Source of the DNA: an uncultured Gemmatimonadaceae bacterium
GTDB lineage: Bacteria; Gemmatimonadota; Gemmatimonadetes; Gemmatimonadales; Gemmatimonadaceae
DNA length: 64,000 nt
NCBI GenBank assembly: GCA_963817955.1
Contig: CAWFQK010000004.1
Span: forward strand, 960,001-1,024,000
Reading direction: 5' to 3'
Shown: one piece after another, positions 56,901-64,000 of the stretch
Layout of the letters: every line of letters starts with the position of its first letter
Numbering within the stretch: position 1 is the first letter of the stretch
Notes under the pieces: model-generated
The model's database searches: none
Told to the model about the DNA's origin: nothing
What the model saw: only the letters and a program-made list of their open reading frames with translations
Translations under genes and position numbers: made by a program

Positions 56901-57026
56901 GGACGAGGTGTTGAAGCTGGCGTCGCGCTCGCGCGCGCCACGTCCCTGAGCGAAGAGCGGTGCCGCTAGCAGCGGCAATGCTGCGATCGAAATGAGGCGT
57001 CGAAACGCAGTCTGCATGGAGTCCAT
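53919..57026 (-). CDS. Second secreted VPS10/BNR-repeat protein
   Basis: FRSIGPASMGGR, multiple Asp boxes, HVDQHAIWIDP and ATHGRSLW. The start may be 57017. Confidence 0.88.
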   Translation of the reverse strand: MDSMQTAFRRLISIAALPLLAAPLFAQGRGARERDASFNTSSNSMLSSFRFRSIGPASMGGRLDDIEVAPSDPNVIYIGYAVGGVFKSEDNGVSFRPVFQTYTTASIGDIAIHPKNPDIVYVGTGEPNNRQTASFGDGVYKSTDGGKTFTNVGLRETQTIARIVIDHNNPEVVYVASPGHLFGPNAERGVYKTTDGGKTWNKIKFIDENTGFTDIAIDPSNSNIVYAASYQRRRTSCCFNGGGPGSALWRSDDAGRTWSKITSGLPQGTYGRIALSVAASNPNIVYVQIEAGEHGTDFAAAPAAAPAEAAPAAPGGGRGATFDACNNGGPGGGFPVGRGGAAAENRTAPKLDPALGGLFRSDNRGRSFTLVSNCDARPMYFSQLRVDPQNPNTVYVAGLPVAKSLDGGKTFATLDDAGGNGSPAHVDQHAIWIDPRNSKHLMIGNDGGLDISYDQGKSWDFVATMATGLAYVVTADNERPYNVYTGLQDNNSWGGPSSKRGRSGITNMDWFGICGGDGFYTAVNVDHPNIIYCESQDGNTSRYDLNTGQTTSIRPNAGPGVQLAGAPAGARAAANSAACIDGHAAGGRGAGGGGGRGGARKNVINAAGGEQYRFNWNTPFILSPHNADIVYLGGNRLFKSYDRGTSWVASNDLTKQVDRCGIAVMGVAGNKTQLSKNDGLSQYSTIIAVSESPVMPGVVWAGTDDGNLQVSRDGGLTFTEVGKNLPGLPQGALTGDDPFWISRIDASHFDAGTAYVSVDGHRTDDLHAYVFVTRDYGRTFQSISADLPAYGNVQVIREDPKNKDLLFVGTEFGLFTSLNGGKHWEKFMNDYPTVRTDDILIHPRDGDVIVATHGRSLWIADDITPLEQLTPAVQSQDAYLFAPRPAVAYVNDITNNPHIGGQKVFLGQNAPRGTSVNYYLKSGANDVKVSIADAQGRTLCTSDAPKTAGINRVDWALVAPQLGGGGGGGGRGGFGGQAGPPDNSCSGGAGGGGGGGRGGAPNAVTPGTYLVTLTVNGKAYSKPVEVLEDKWFKAR

Positions 57027-57108
57027 CCTGTTGGAGGTCGCGTGTGGTACCCCAATATGGATGTCCGCCGCCCGCGCCGCGAGTTACTCAGCCATCCTCA
57101 CCAACTCT

Positions 57109-59127
57109 TCAAAAATGGCCAACGTTGTACACGAGACCTGCGTAAAGCGCGTGCGGCTGAGGTCCGGTGACCGGCAGGATGATGCCCGTGTCTAACGCGA
57201 GCCATGGACGCGCCAGAAAGGTGGGACCAGCGAGCAGCGCGACGATCGGTGCCTGGCCCGCGACACCACCCGTACCCGGAATGCCGTAGCATTCTGCCGT
57301 CCAACCCAATGCGCCGTCCACCGGACCGCCGAACGAAGCCGTCCACAGCGACGTCGTTTTCGGCACGGTCGAGGTCTCTCGATTGCGCACGGTGTACCCG
57401 ACGTTCAGATCCATCGAGACATCTCCGAAGCGATGACTCGAGATCAACAGCAGCGATCCGTCGGTGGTTCCTGTACCGGTACCGCTGACTTCGGATCCGG
57501 TCGCGAGCTTGACGCTGGGCAGCACGGCGAAGTCGCCGAGCACCGGCGCATCATCGAGCAGCCGCCATTTCACGCCGACGTTGACGTCCGGCGCCTTGCT
57601 CAAATGACCGAGCGGTGCCCACAGACTCAGTTGCGCCTTATTGGCGATTCCGATCTTCACCAACGTTGGCGCAATATTTCCCGTGACCGACGGGGAGAAC
57701 CGATCGTGCTCGACGCCAGCTTCGATCTCGACCCACCCCGGCGCAACCGTGCCGGCGTGCGTGGCGACCGTCGGACGCTCCGGCTGCACCGCGTGCGGAT
57801 CGTTCGCCGAATCGGGCAGCGCAAGCGTGCCTGACGCAGACCTGACCGTATCACCAACGATGGCGCCGTCCTTGATCACGTAGCGAATGCGGCGTGTGTT
57901 GCGAATATCCTCGGCGGGATTCGCGTCGAGCAGCACGAGATCCGCCACGCGTCCCTCTCTCACGGATCCACGCACGCTGTCGACGCCGATTGCGCGTGCG
58001 GCGTTGGCCGTCGCCGACGCGATTGCTTGCAGCGGCGTGAGCCCCGCTTGCACCTCGAGCTCGAGCTCCTTATGGAGTGTCGGCAAGGAATCACGGCGCG
58101 GGTCCATCATGTTGTCCGTGCCGGCGACGATGTTGACGCCAAGTTCCTGTGCGCGCTTCGTGACGGCGTTCATCCACGGTGTCCGCACGCGGCTCACGGA
58201 ATCCGCAGGTTGACCCTCGGCGAACACCCAGAGTGTAGGGTTGAGCGACACATCACGGTCATGCATCTCGCGCAACAGGCGCTCGATGACCGGGGATGTA
58301 GCAGGAACACCGACGAAATCACCGCGCGCGCGGTTCGTCCAGTCGTCGGTCGGCGCACTTCCCTGCCATACGAGATACGGCGTGTGCGCCAGCATCGTGA
58401 CGCCGGCGGCGATCAGAGCACTCGGCTTGGCGGGAAAGGTGGTTGCGTGTGCGACGACGCGCATTCCCTGGCGCCGCGCTTCGGCGGTGGCGAGCGTGGC
58501 CGTGACCGAATCGAGCGACGCGTAGAGCTTGATCGTCGTCGCGCCCGTTCCGCGCGCCGCGGCGACGGCACGCGGCATGTCCGTCGTCGGCGTGATCGCC
58601 TGCGCCCAGGGCGCCTGCCCAGTGCGGAAGCCGCGCGAGATACTCACGGCGCGCGGGTCGGTGAAGAACGGCGGACCGGCCATGAGGGCCGAGTAGTAGA
58701 TCGTCGGTCCAGGGATTTCGTGCACGAGCACCGCGCGCGCGAGGTCGCCGGTGGTTCGCGCGTCCCCAGCCAGCTCATACACTGCGGTGACGCCACCCTT
58801 GAGCGTTTGCCGAAGCTGCTCCGCCCTGGCGCGCCAGTCAGCGCCCGACAGATGCACGTGTGCATCGATGAGTCCTGGAATGACATACAATCCGCGGCCG
58901 TCGATCACGCGCGCCGAATCCGGGAGCGCACCGCCTGCCGGTGCCACGGACACAATCATTCCGCCACGCGCGACGACGCGTAGGTGTGCGCGAGGTGGGC
59001 CACCCGTACCATCGATGACGGTGACGTCGTCGATCACGAGGGGCGCGGTCGAGACGGCGCGCGCGCCGCGCTGCGCATGCACGCATGGCGCGACCACGAG
59101 GAGCAGTGTGGCGATGCGTCTCATCAT
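57109..59127 (-). CDS. Secreted amidohydrolase fused to a C-terminal outer-membrane beta-barrel-like domain
   Basis: PGLIDAHVH, IKLY, AGTD and ADLVLLDANP, then QPERPTVATHAGTVAPGWVEIEAG...YAGLVYNVGHF. Confidence 0.8.
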   Translation of the reverse strand: MMRRIATLLLVVAPCVHAQRGARAVSTAPLVIDDVTVIDGTGGPPRAHLRVVARGGMIVSVAPAGGALPDSARVIDGRGLYVIPGLIDAHVHLSGADWRARAEQLRQTLKGGVTAVYELAGDARTTGDLARAVLVHEIPGPTIYYSALMAGPPFFTDPRAVSISRGFRTGQAPWAQAITPTTDMPRAVAAARGTGATTIKLYASLDSVTATLATAEARRQGMRVVAHATTFPAKPSALIAAGVTMLAHTPYLVWQGSAPTDDWTNRARGDFVGVPATSPVIERLLREMHDRDVSLNPTLWVFAEGQPADSVSRVRTPWMNAVTKRAQELGVNIVAGTDNMMDPRRDSLPTLHKELELEVQAGLTPLQAIASATANAARAIGVDSVRGSVREGRVADLVLLDANPAEDIRNTRRIRYVIKDGAIVGDTVRSASGTLALPDSANDPHAVQPERPTVATHAGTVAPGWVEIEAGVEHDRFSPSVTGNIAPTLVKIGIANKAQLSLWAPLGHLSKAPDVNVGVKWRLLDDAPVLGDFAVLPSVKLATGSEVSGTGTGTTDGSLLLISSHRFGDVSMDLNVGYTVRNRETSTVPKTTSLWTASFGGPVDGALGWTAECYGIPGTGGVAGQAPIVALLAGPTFLARPWLALDTGIILPVTGPQPHALYAGLVYNVGHF

Positions 59128-59933
59128 CGTGCCCCACCCGGCGGTGACGCCCAAGGATTGGCGCCCTGCGTCTCGAACGCCTCGACGTCGGCGAAGTAGC
59201 GGCGCGCCATGTCTGCCGACCCGGGATTCGTATAGACCTCGGCCACGGGATGTTCGATCACGCCGGCAATGATGTCGGCCACCTGCTCCGAGGTCTGGAC
59301 GTGTCCGCCGGCGTATACCGCGGTGTTTGGCGCGGCGCCTAACGCGTTGCGTGCAAACTCGGTGGCTACCATCCCCGGCATGACGAGTGTGACGTGAATC
59401 TCCGGGTATGTCTGTCGGAGCTCGACGCGCAGGTTGGCTGTCAGCGCATTCAGCGCCGCCTTCGCCGCATTGTATGCAGAGCGGTGGACGGCCATGGGCA
59501 CGCGGCCGAGGAAGGACGACACATTGATGAGATGCCCATGGCCACGCTCCTTGAAATGCTCCACGGCCACTTGCATCCCATAGAGGGCCGACTTGACGTT
59601 GACAGCCATCATCTCGTCGATATCGGAATCAGTGAGATCCAACACCGACCGTGTGATGCCACGGCCAGCGTTGTTCACCCACACATCGAAACCGCCGAAC
59701 GCAGTGACAGACTCATCGCGAAGCCTTGCCACGTCGTCACGCCGCGTGACGTCGGTCTGGATCGCGAGCGTCCTGGGCGCGCCGGCCCGTTTCGCATCGG
59801 CACCGACCTGATCAAGCTCCGATTTTCGCCGCGCCGCAAGGACGAGCTGATTGTTGTTGGCGCCGAGTCGGCGCGCGATCTGGGCACCGATGCCACTGCT
59901 CGCACCGGTGATAACGATCGTTTTGGCAGCCAT
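59124..59933 (-). CDS. SDR-family oxidoreductase
   Basis: Motifs TGASSGIG, NNAG and YNAAK. Confidence 0.92.
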   Translation of the reverse strand: MAAKTIVITGASSGIGAQIARRLGANNNQLVLAARRKSELDQVGADAKRAGAPRTLAIQTDVTRRDDVARLRDESVTAFGGFDVWVNNAGRGITRSVLDLTDSDIDEMMAVNVKSALYGMQVAVEHFKERGHGHLINVSSFLGRVPMAVHRSAYNAAKAALNALTANLRVELRQTYPEIHVTLVMPGMVATEFARNALGAAPNTAVYAGGHVQTSEQVADIIAGVIEHPVAEVYTNPGSADMARRYFADVEAFETQGANPWASPPGGAR

Positions 59934-60027
59934 GGGTTATGATACTTTGATTCGTGTGTGAACGGGCGCTACAATCCTCAGAGACCGATTCAGCTTTACG
60001 CCTCGCCGGCCAGGAGATTCAAGGACA

Positions 60028-62178
60028 ATGCAGAACGTTACAGCGGGACGCGTCGATTCGCGCATCACGACGGCCCTCATTCTCGTACTTGTTGCGGCGA
60101 CGGCGCACGCCCAGGACCGGCTCAAGTCGATGCCGGGCTACGAACAGTACCAGCGGATGGCGCCCCTCATCAGGACGGCCGTGCCGGGCGTGGGTGGATT
60201 CGGGGCGCGAGGCGGCGGTGGAGCAATCCTCTGGTCGCCCGACGGCAAGTCCGTGTCGTTCGACAATGCCGGCAAGCATTATCGCTACGACGTCGCGAGC
60301 CGCACGACGACAGCGGTGACGGAGACCAGCGCACAATCGAGCGGAGGTCGTGGTCGCGGCACCGGCGGGGCGATGCCCGAGCGTGGCCGGCAGTTTTCGT
60401 TCGCCGTGGCACCGGCCGGCAACCATCGCGCCATCTATAAGGATCGCAACGTCTGGATCGGCGATTCCGCGGGCACCAATGCCGTCCAGATCACCACGGA
60501 TGGCAGCACGCAGTCTCGCCTCAAGTACGGCACGGCGAGCTGGGTATACGGTGAGGAGCTGTCGCAGCGTACTGCGATGTGGTGGTCCCCGGACGGAACG
60601 AAGCTCGCCTACTATCGCTTTGACGAGAGCAAGGTCCCGGACTACTACACCACGCCCGGGCTGACGCAGATTCAGGATACGGTTGACGTCGAGGCGTACC
60701 CCAAGCCGGGCGTGCCGAACCCCGTGGTGGACCTGTTCGTCTACGATGTGGGCACCAAGAAGACGACGCGCGTGGACGTCCGCGACGGCAAGCCGTTCGA
60801 GAACGCGAGCGTCGGCTATTATGTATTTCGCGTGGACTGGTCGCCGGATGGCAAGGAGCTCACGTTCCTGCGCACGAACCGCCGGCAGAACACGCTGGAG
60901 ATGGCGGCGTGCAGCCCGGAGTCCGGCGCCTGCCGCACGGTGATCCACGAGGAATGGCCCACCGGCTGGATCGATGACGATCCGGCCCCTGCCGTGGTGT
61001 GGCTCCAGGATCACAACCGCTTCCTCTGGGAGTCGGATCGCAGTGGGTTCAAGAACTATTATCTGTACGACTTCAAGAATGCAAAGCTATTGAACCCGGT
61101 CACGCAGCTCCACGCGGAAGTCGCGGGGATCGTCCGCGTCGATGAGCCGTCGAAGATGCTCTACTACGTGGGGCGTGACGGCGAGAACTACATGAAGTTC
61201 CAGCTTCACCGGGTCGGCCTCGACGGCAAGAACGACGTACGACTCACGGATCCGGCATTCACGCATTCCGTGGCGCTGTCGCCGGACGGCCGGTATTTCG
61301 TGGACGTCGCCGAAACGCACGACCAGGCGCCAGTCACACGATTGGTGGACGCGCACGGCACCGTGGTGGTCGAGCTGGCCAAGACGGATCTCGCGAAGTT
61401 CAACGACCTTGGCTTGAAGAAGGTCGAGATGTACACGTACGCGACGTCCGACGGACAGGCGACGTTACACGGAACGATGTCGTTCCCCTCGAACTTCGAT
61501 CCGTCGAAGAAGTATCCTGTCCTGGTGAGCGTGTACGGCGGCCCCGGGGTGGGCAATAGCACCAATGAGCGCTTTCAGACGCCGAACGCTATGGCGGAGT
61601 ACGGTTTCATCGTCCTGACGGTGGAGGCCCGCACGAACCCGGGAATGGGCCACAAGTACCTCGACGCGGTCTACCTCAAGCTGGGGCAGACGGAGATCGA
61701 CGACATGGCCGATGGCGTGAAGGCGCTGTGGAACCGACCGTACATCGACAAGACTCGCGTCGGCATCTTCGGCACGTCGTACGGCGGCTACACGTCGGTC
61801 ATGGAGTTGCTGCGTCATCCGGACGTATTCGCGGCGGCATCGGCCTCGTCGCCTCCAACCGACTGGCGGAATTACGACACGATCTACACCGAGCGCTACA
61901 TGTGGATTCCGCAGGAGAACGAAGACGGGTACGAGAAGGGCTCGGCGATGAGCTACGTCAACGATCTGCGGGGCCGCCTGATGCTGTACTACGGCACGAT
62001 GGATAACAACGTGCATCCATCCAACATGATGCAGCTCATTGCGGCGCTCCAGCACGCCGGCAAGAGCTTCGAGGTGCAAGTCGGGCCCGACCAGGGCCAC
62101 TCCGGTTTGAATTCGCAGCGGATGATGGAATTCTTCATCGAGAATCTGGTCATCCATCCTGCTCCTCCAAAGGCGTGA
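60028..62178 (+). CDS. S9B dipeptidyl peptidase IV-like protein, secreted
   Basis: WVYGEE, WWSPDG, YPKPG, GTSYGG (nucleophile), DNNVH and the catalytic H in DQGH. Confidence 0.92.
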   Translation: MQNVTAGRVDSRITTALILVLVAATAHAQDRLKSMPGYEQYQRMAPLIRTAVPGVGGFGARGGGGAILWSPDGKSVSFDNAGKHYRYDVASRTTTAVTETSAQSSGGRGRGTGGAMPERGRQFSFAVAPAGNHRAIYKDRNVWIGDSAGTNAVQITTDGSTQSRLKYGTASWVYGEELSQRTAMWWSPDGTKLAYYRFDESKVPDYYTTPGLTQIQDTVDVEAYPKPGVPNPVVDLFVYDVGTKKTTRVDVRDGKPFENASVGYYVFRVDWSPDGKELTFLRTNRRQNTLEMAACSPESGACRTVIHEEWPTGWIDDDPAPAVVWLQDHNRFLWESDRSGFKNYYLYDFKNAKLLNPVTQLHAEVAGIVRVDEPSKMLYYVGRDGENYMKFQLHRVGLDGKNDVRLTDPAFTHSVALSPDGRYFVDVAETHDQAPVTRLVDAHGTVVVELAKTDLAKFNDLGLKKVEMYTYATSDGQATLHGTMSFPSNFDPSKKYPVLVSVYGGPGVGNSTNERFQTPNAMAEYGFIVLTVEARTNPGMGHKYLDAVYLKLGQTEIDDMADGVKALWNRPYIDKTRVGIFGTSYGGYTSVMELLRHPDVFAAASASSPPTDWRNYDTIYTERYMWIPQENEDGYEKGSAMSYVNDLRGRLMLYYGTMDNNVHPSNMMQLIAALQHAGKSFEVQVGPDQGHSGLNSQRMMEFFIENLVIHPAPPKA

Positions 62179-62735
62179 TGCGGTCGGCGACTTCAGTCGT
62201 CCCGGCGCTCGCCGGGACGACGAACACTCCGGTGCCACGATCGAACATGTGTTGCGGAGAACCGATCGCCGAGCTGCTCGACCATGTCGGGGCGACACAT
62301 GTTGTGACCGTCCCCGACAGCACGATCGGCAAGTGGTACCCGGCCGTCGAGCGCCGGGGACGGACGCGCCTGGTGCACGTGTGCCGAGAAGGCGAAGCAT
62401 GGGAAGTGGCGGGGGGACTCTACCTCGGCGGTGCGCATCCGATCGTCATGATCCAGTGCACCGGCCTGTTTGAATCGGGCGACGCGTTGCGCAACGTGGT
62501 GTACGACTGGCAGCTCCCGATTTTCAGCATCATCGGCTATCGCAGCTATCTCGACCAGAGCTCGCTGCCGGGGGACACCTGTCTCACGTTCACCGAACCC
62601 ATCCTGCAAGCCTGGAAGATCGACTACCGGTTGATCACACGAACGTCGCAGTTCCACGAGTTGGAAGCGCACATCAATGCCTGTCGCGGAGCCAACGTTG
62701 CGGGCGCAGCCCTGATCGCGGAGGGGAACCCATGA
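62178..62735 (+). CDS. TPP-dependent decarboxylase alpha subunit (ComD / phosphonopyruvate decarboxylase-like)
   Basis: VPDS, REGEA...GLYLGG, QCTG and TEPIL. The start may be 62247. Confidence 0.75.
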   Translation: MRSATSVVPALAGTTNTPVPRSNMCCGEPIAELLDHVGATHVVTVPDSTIGKWYPAVERRGRTRLVHVCREGEAWEVAGGLYLGGAHPIVMIQCTGLFESGDALRNVVYDWQLPIFSIIGYRSYLDQSSLPGDTCLTFTEPILQAWKIDYRLITRTSQFHELEAHINACRGANVAGAALIAEGNP

Positions 62736-63313
62736 GCGCCAGACGCATGTCGCGACTCGATGCGATCGGCGCACTCCACGCCGCGCGTCACGCCCGAGAC
62801 GTCGTGATCACCACGATGATGCCGGCGCGCGACTGGATGACGTTTCCGCAGCAGCCGCTCGACCTCGTGTTCGTGCCGTCTGCGATGGGGCATGCAACCT
62901 CGCTCGGCCTCGGGATTGCCCTCGCGCAACCGAGCCGCCGCGTCATCATCTGCAACGGTGACGGCTCAATGCTGATGAACCTCGGCTCGCTTGTCTCGAT
63001 CGTTGCGTCGAACGTCGCAAACGTCATCCTGATCGTATTCGACAATGGTGTCTACGAGGTCACGGGATCGCAGCCGGTGCCAGCGCAAGGCGTGGCGGAT
63101 CTCGCCGCGCTGGCGCGGGGCGCGGGATTTCGCTCGGTATTCGAATTCGACGTGCTGGAGGATTGGTGCGCGGCAGTCTCCAATGTGCTGAATGTCGCGG
63201 GCCCAGTCTTCGTGCGACTCAAGGTCGATGCCGTCGAGGGTCAGCGCGGCCCCCGCTCTCCAGGCCCGGCGCGGGAGCGGGCACGCCGGTTTCGTGAGGC
63301 GTTGGGCGCCTGA
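62732..63313 (+). CDS. TPP-dependent decarboxylase beta subunit (ComE-like)
   Basis: SAMGHATSLGLGIALA and GDGSMLMNLG...DNGVYEVTGSQ; ATGA overlap with the alpha subunit. Confidence 0.85.
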   Translation: MSARRMSRLDAIGALHAARHARDVVITTMMPARDWMTFPQQPLDLVFVPSAMGHATSLGLGIALAQPSRRVIICNGDGSMLMNLGSLVSIVASNVANVILIVFDNGVYEVTGSQPVPAQGVADLAALARGAGFRSVFEFDVLEDWCAAVSNVLNVAGPVFVRLKVDAVEGQRGPRSPGPARERARRFREALGA

Positions 63314-63321
63314 CCGAGAGG

Positions 63322-63352
63322 TGGGACACGGGTGTGGGACACGAGACACGGA
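63322..63352 (+). repeat. Short GGGACAC/GAGACAC heptamer cluster after a stop codon
   Basis: tgggacacgggtgtgggacacgagacacgga. Confidence 0.7.
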
Positions 63353-63403
63353 GTCAACGGCATCGCGACTCACGGACCTCTCTGCTACGACCGAGCCCGC
63401 TCA

Positions 63404-63878
63404 GTCGAGATGGGATCGATCGTTTGCTAGATCGAATGCACGCGCGTGCGGCCGGGATCGATCCTCGTCTAGATCGAATTCACGCGTGTGCAGGTGGAAT
63501 CCACGCCTGCTCAGACGGAATCCCTCGCTGTCTAGATCGAATTCACACCAGTGAAGATGGAAGTGCCGCCTGTCGAGATCGAACCGGTTCTCACCAACAC
63601 GCCTCTGACGTGCGCCCACTCGCCTGTCACGCGCGTCCACTCGCAATCCTCGCTTGTTCAGCTGGGATGATGTGACGTCCACCTGCGATTGCCTCTCGGT
63701 CAGCTCGGATCCCTTCCGGTCGAGATGTAACCCACGCGTGTCCAGGGGTGACTCGCCGGTGCGGAGATCGCACAGCGCCGGTGCAAGCACGAACCCCTCG
63801 CGTGCAAGCACGAACTCCTCGCGTGCAAGCACGAACCTCGCGGCAAGCAGAACTCGCGTGCAAGCACGAACCCTTCGC
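63404..63878. repeat. About 475-bp region with 21-bp periodicity
   Basis: gtctagatcgaattcacgcgt-type units from 63404; near-perfect gtgcaagcacgaac(c/t)cctcgc units at 63781-63878. Confidence 0.8.
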
Positions 63879-64000
63879 AATCAACATCGGACTCGCCGCC
63901 GTCTAGGAGGCTTCATCGCTCGTCTCGCTCGGATGCCCGCGTGCTCACGACTAACTGCGCGCCGTCCCGGAGGGATCGACGTGTGTCAACCGAGGATTCA

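Noticed and set aside
63781..63878. Near-identical repeats as a CRISPR array
   Set aside because: The units are directly tandem with no unique spacers, and no cas genes are in the window.

Overview
A 64 kb window of high-GC bacterial chromosome. The gene content suggests Gemmatimonadota or a similar lineage (inference only). It is mostly core and secretome genes: the dnaX 5' part plus SRP RNA; threonine catabolism (ltaE and threonine dehydratase); a tal-pyk-MBL-pgi / fba-HK-NtrC-YtxH-YihY block; many secreted peptidases and hydrolases (M28, M14, M10, S12, S9, two VPS10/BNR proteins, an alkaline-phosphatase-family protein, an amidohydrolase); hrpB; deaD; an ArsR-sigma70-msrA unit; Ku with two broken ATP-dependent ligases; and a ComDE-like TPP decarboxylase pair. 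Four non-coding structures stand out. (1) A solitary tRNA-Asn(GTT) lies directly behind what looks like a complete ribosome-mediated transcription attenuator: promoter, leaderless 21-codon uORF with Asn-Asn codons, antiterminator and terminator. (2) A DnaA-box and IHF-site cluster at about 41 kb has no dnaA nearby (candidate oriC or datA-like locus). (3) A 3.5 kb transposase-less element with TGT...ACA-type ends carries a histidine kinase and a nested IS1380, and is inserted into a heptamer repeat array. (4) A dispersed family of heptamer repeats sits just after stop codons. No CRISPR array, rRNA or prophage was seen. All family assignments come from motif recognition by eye, not database searches.
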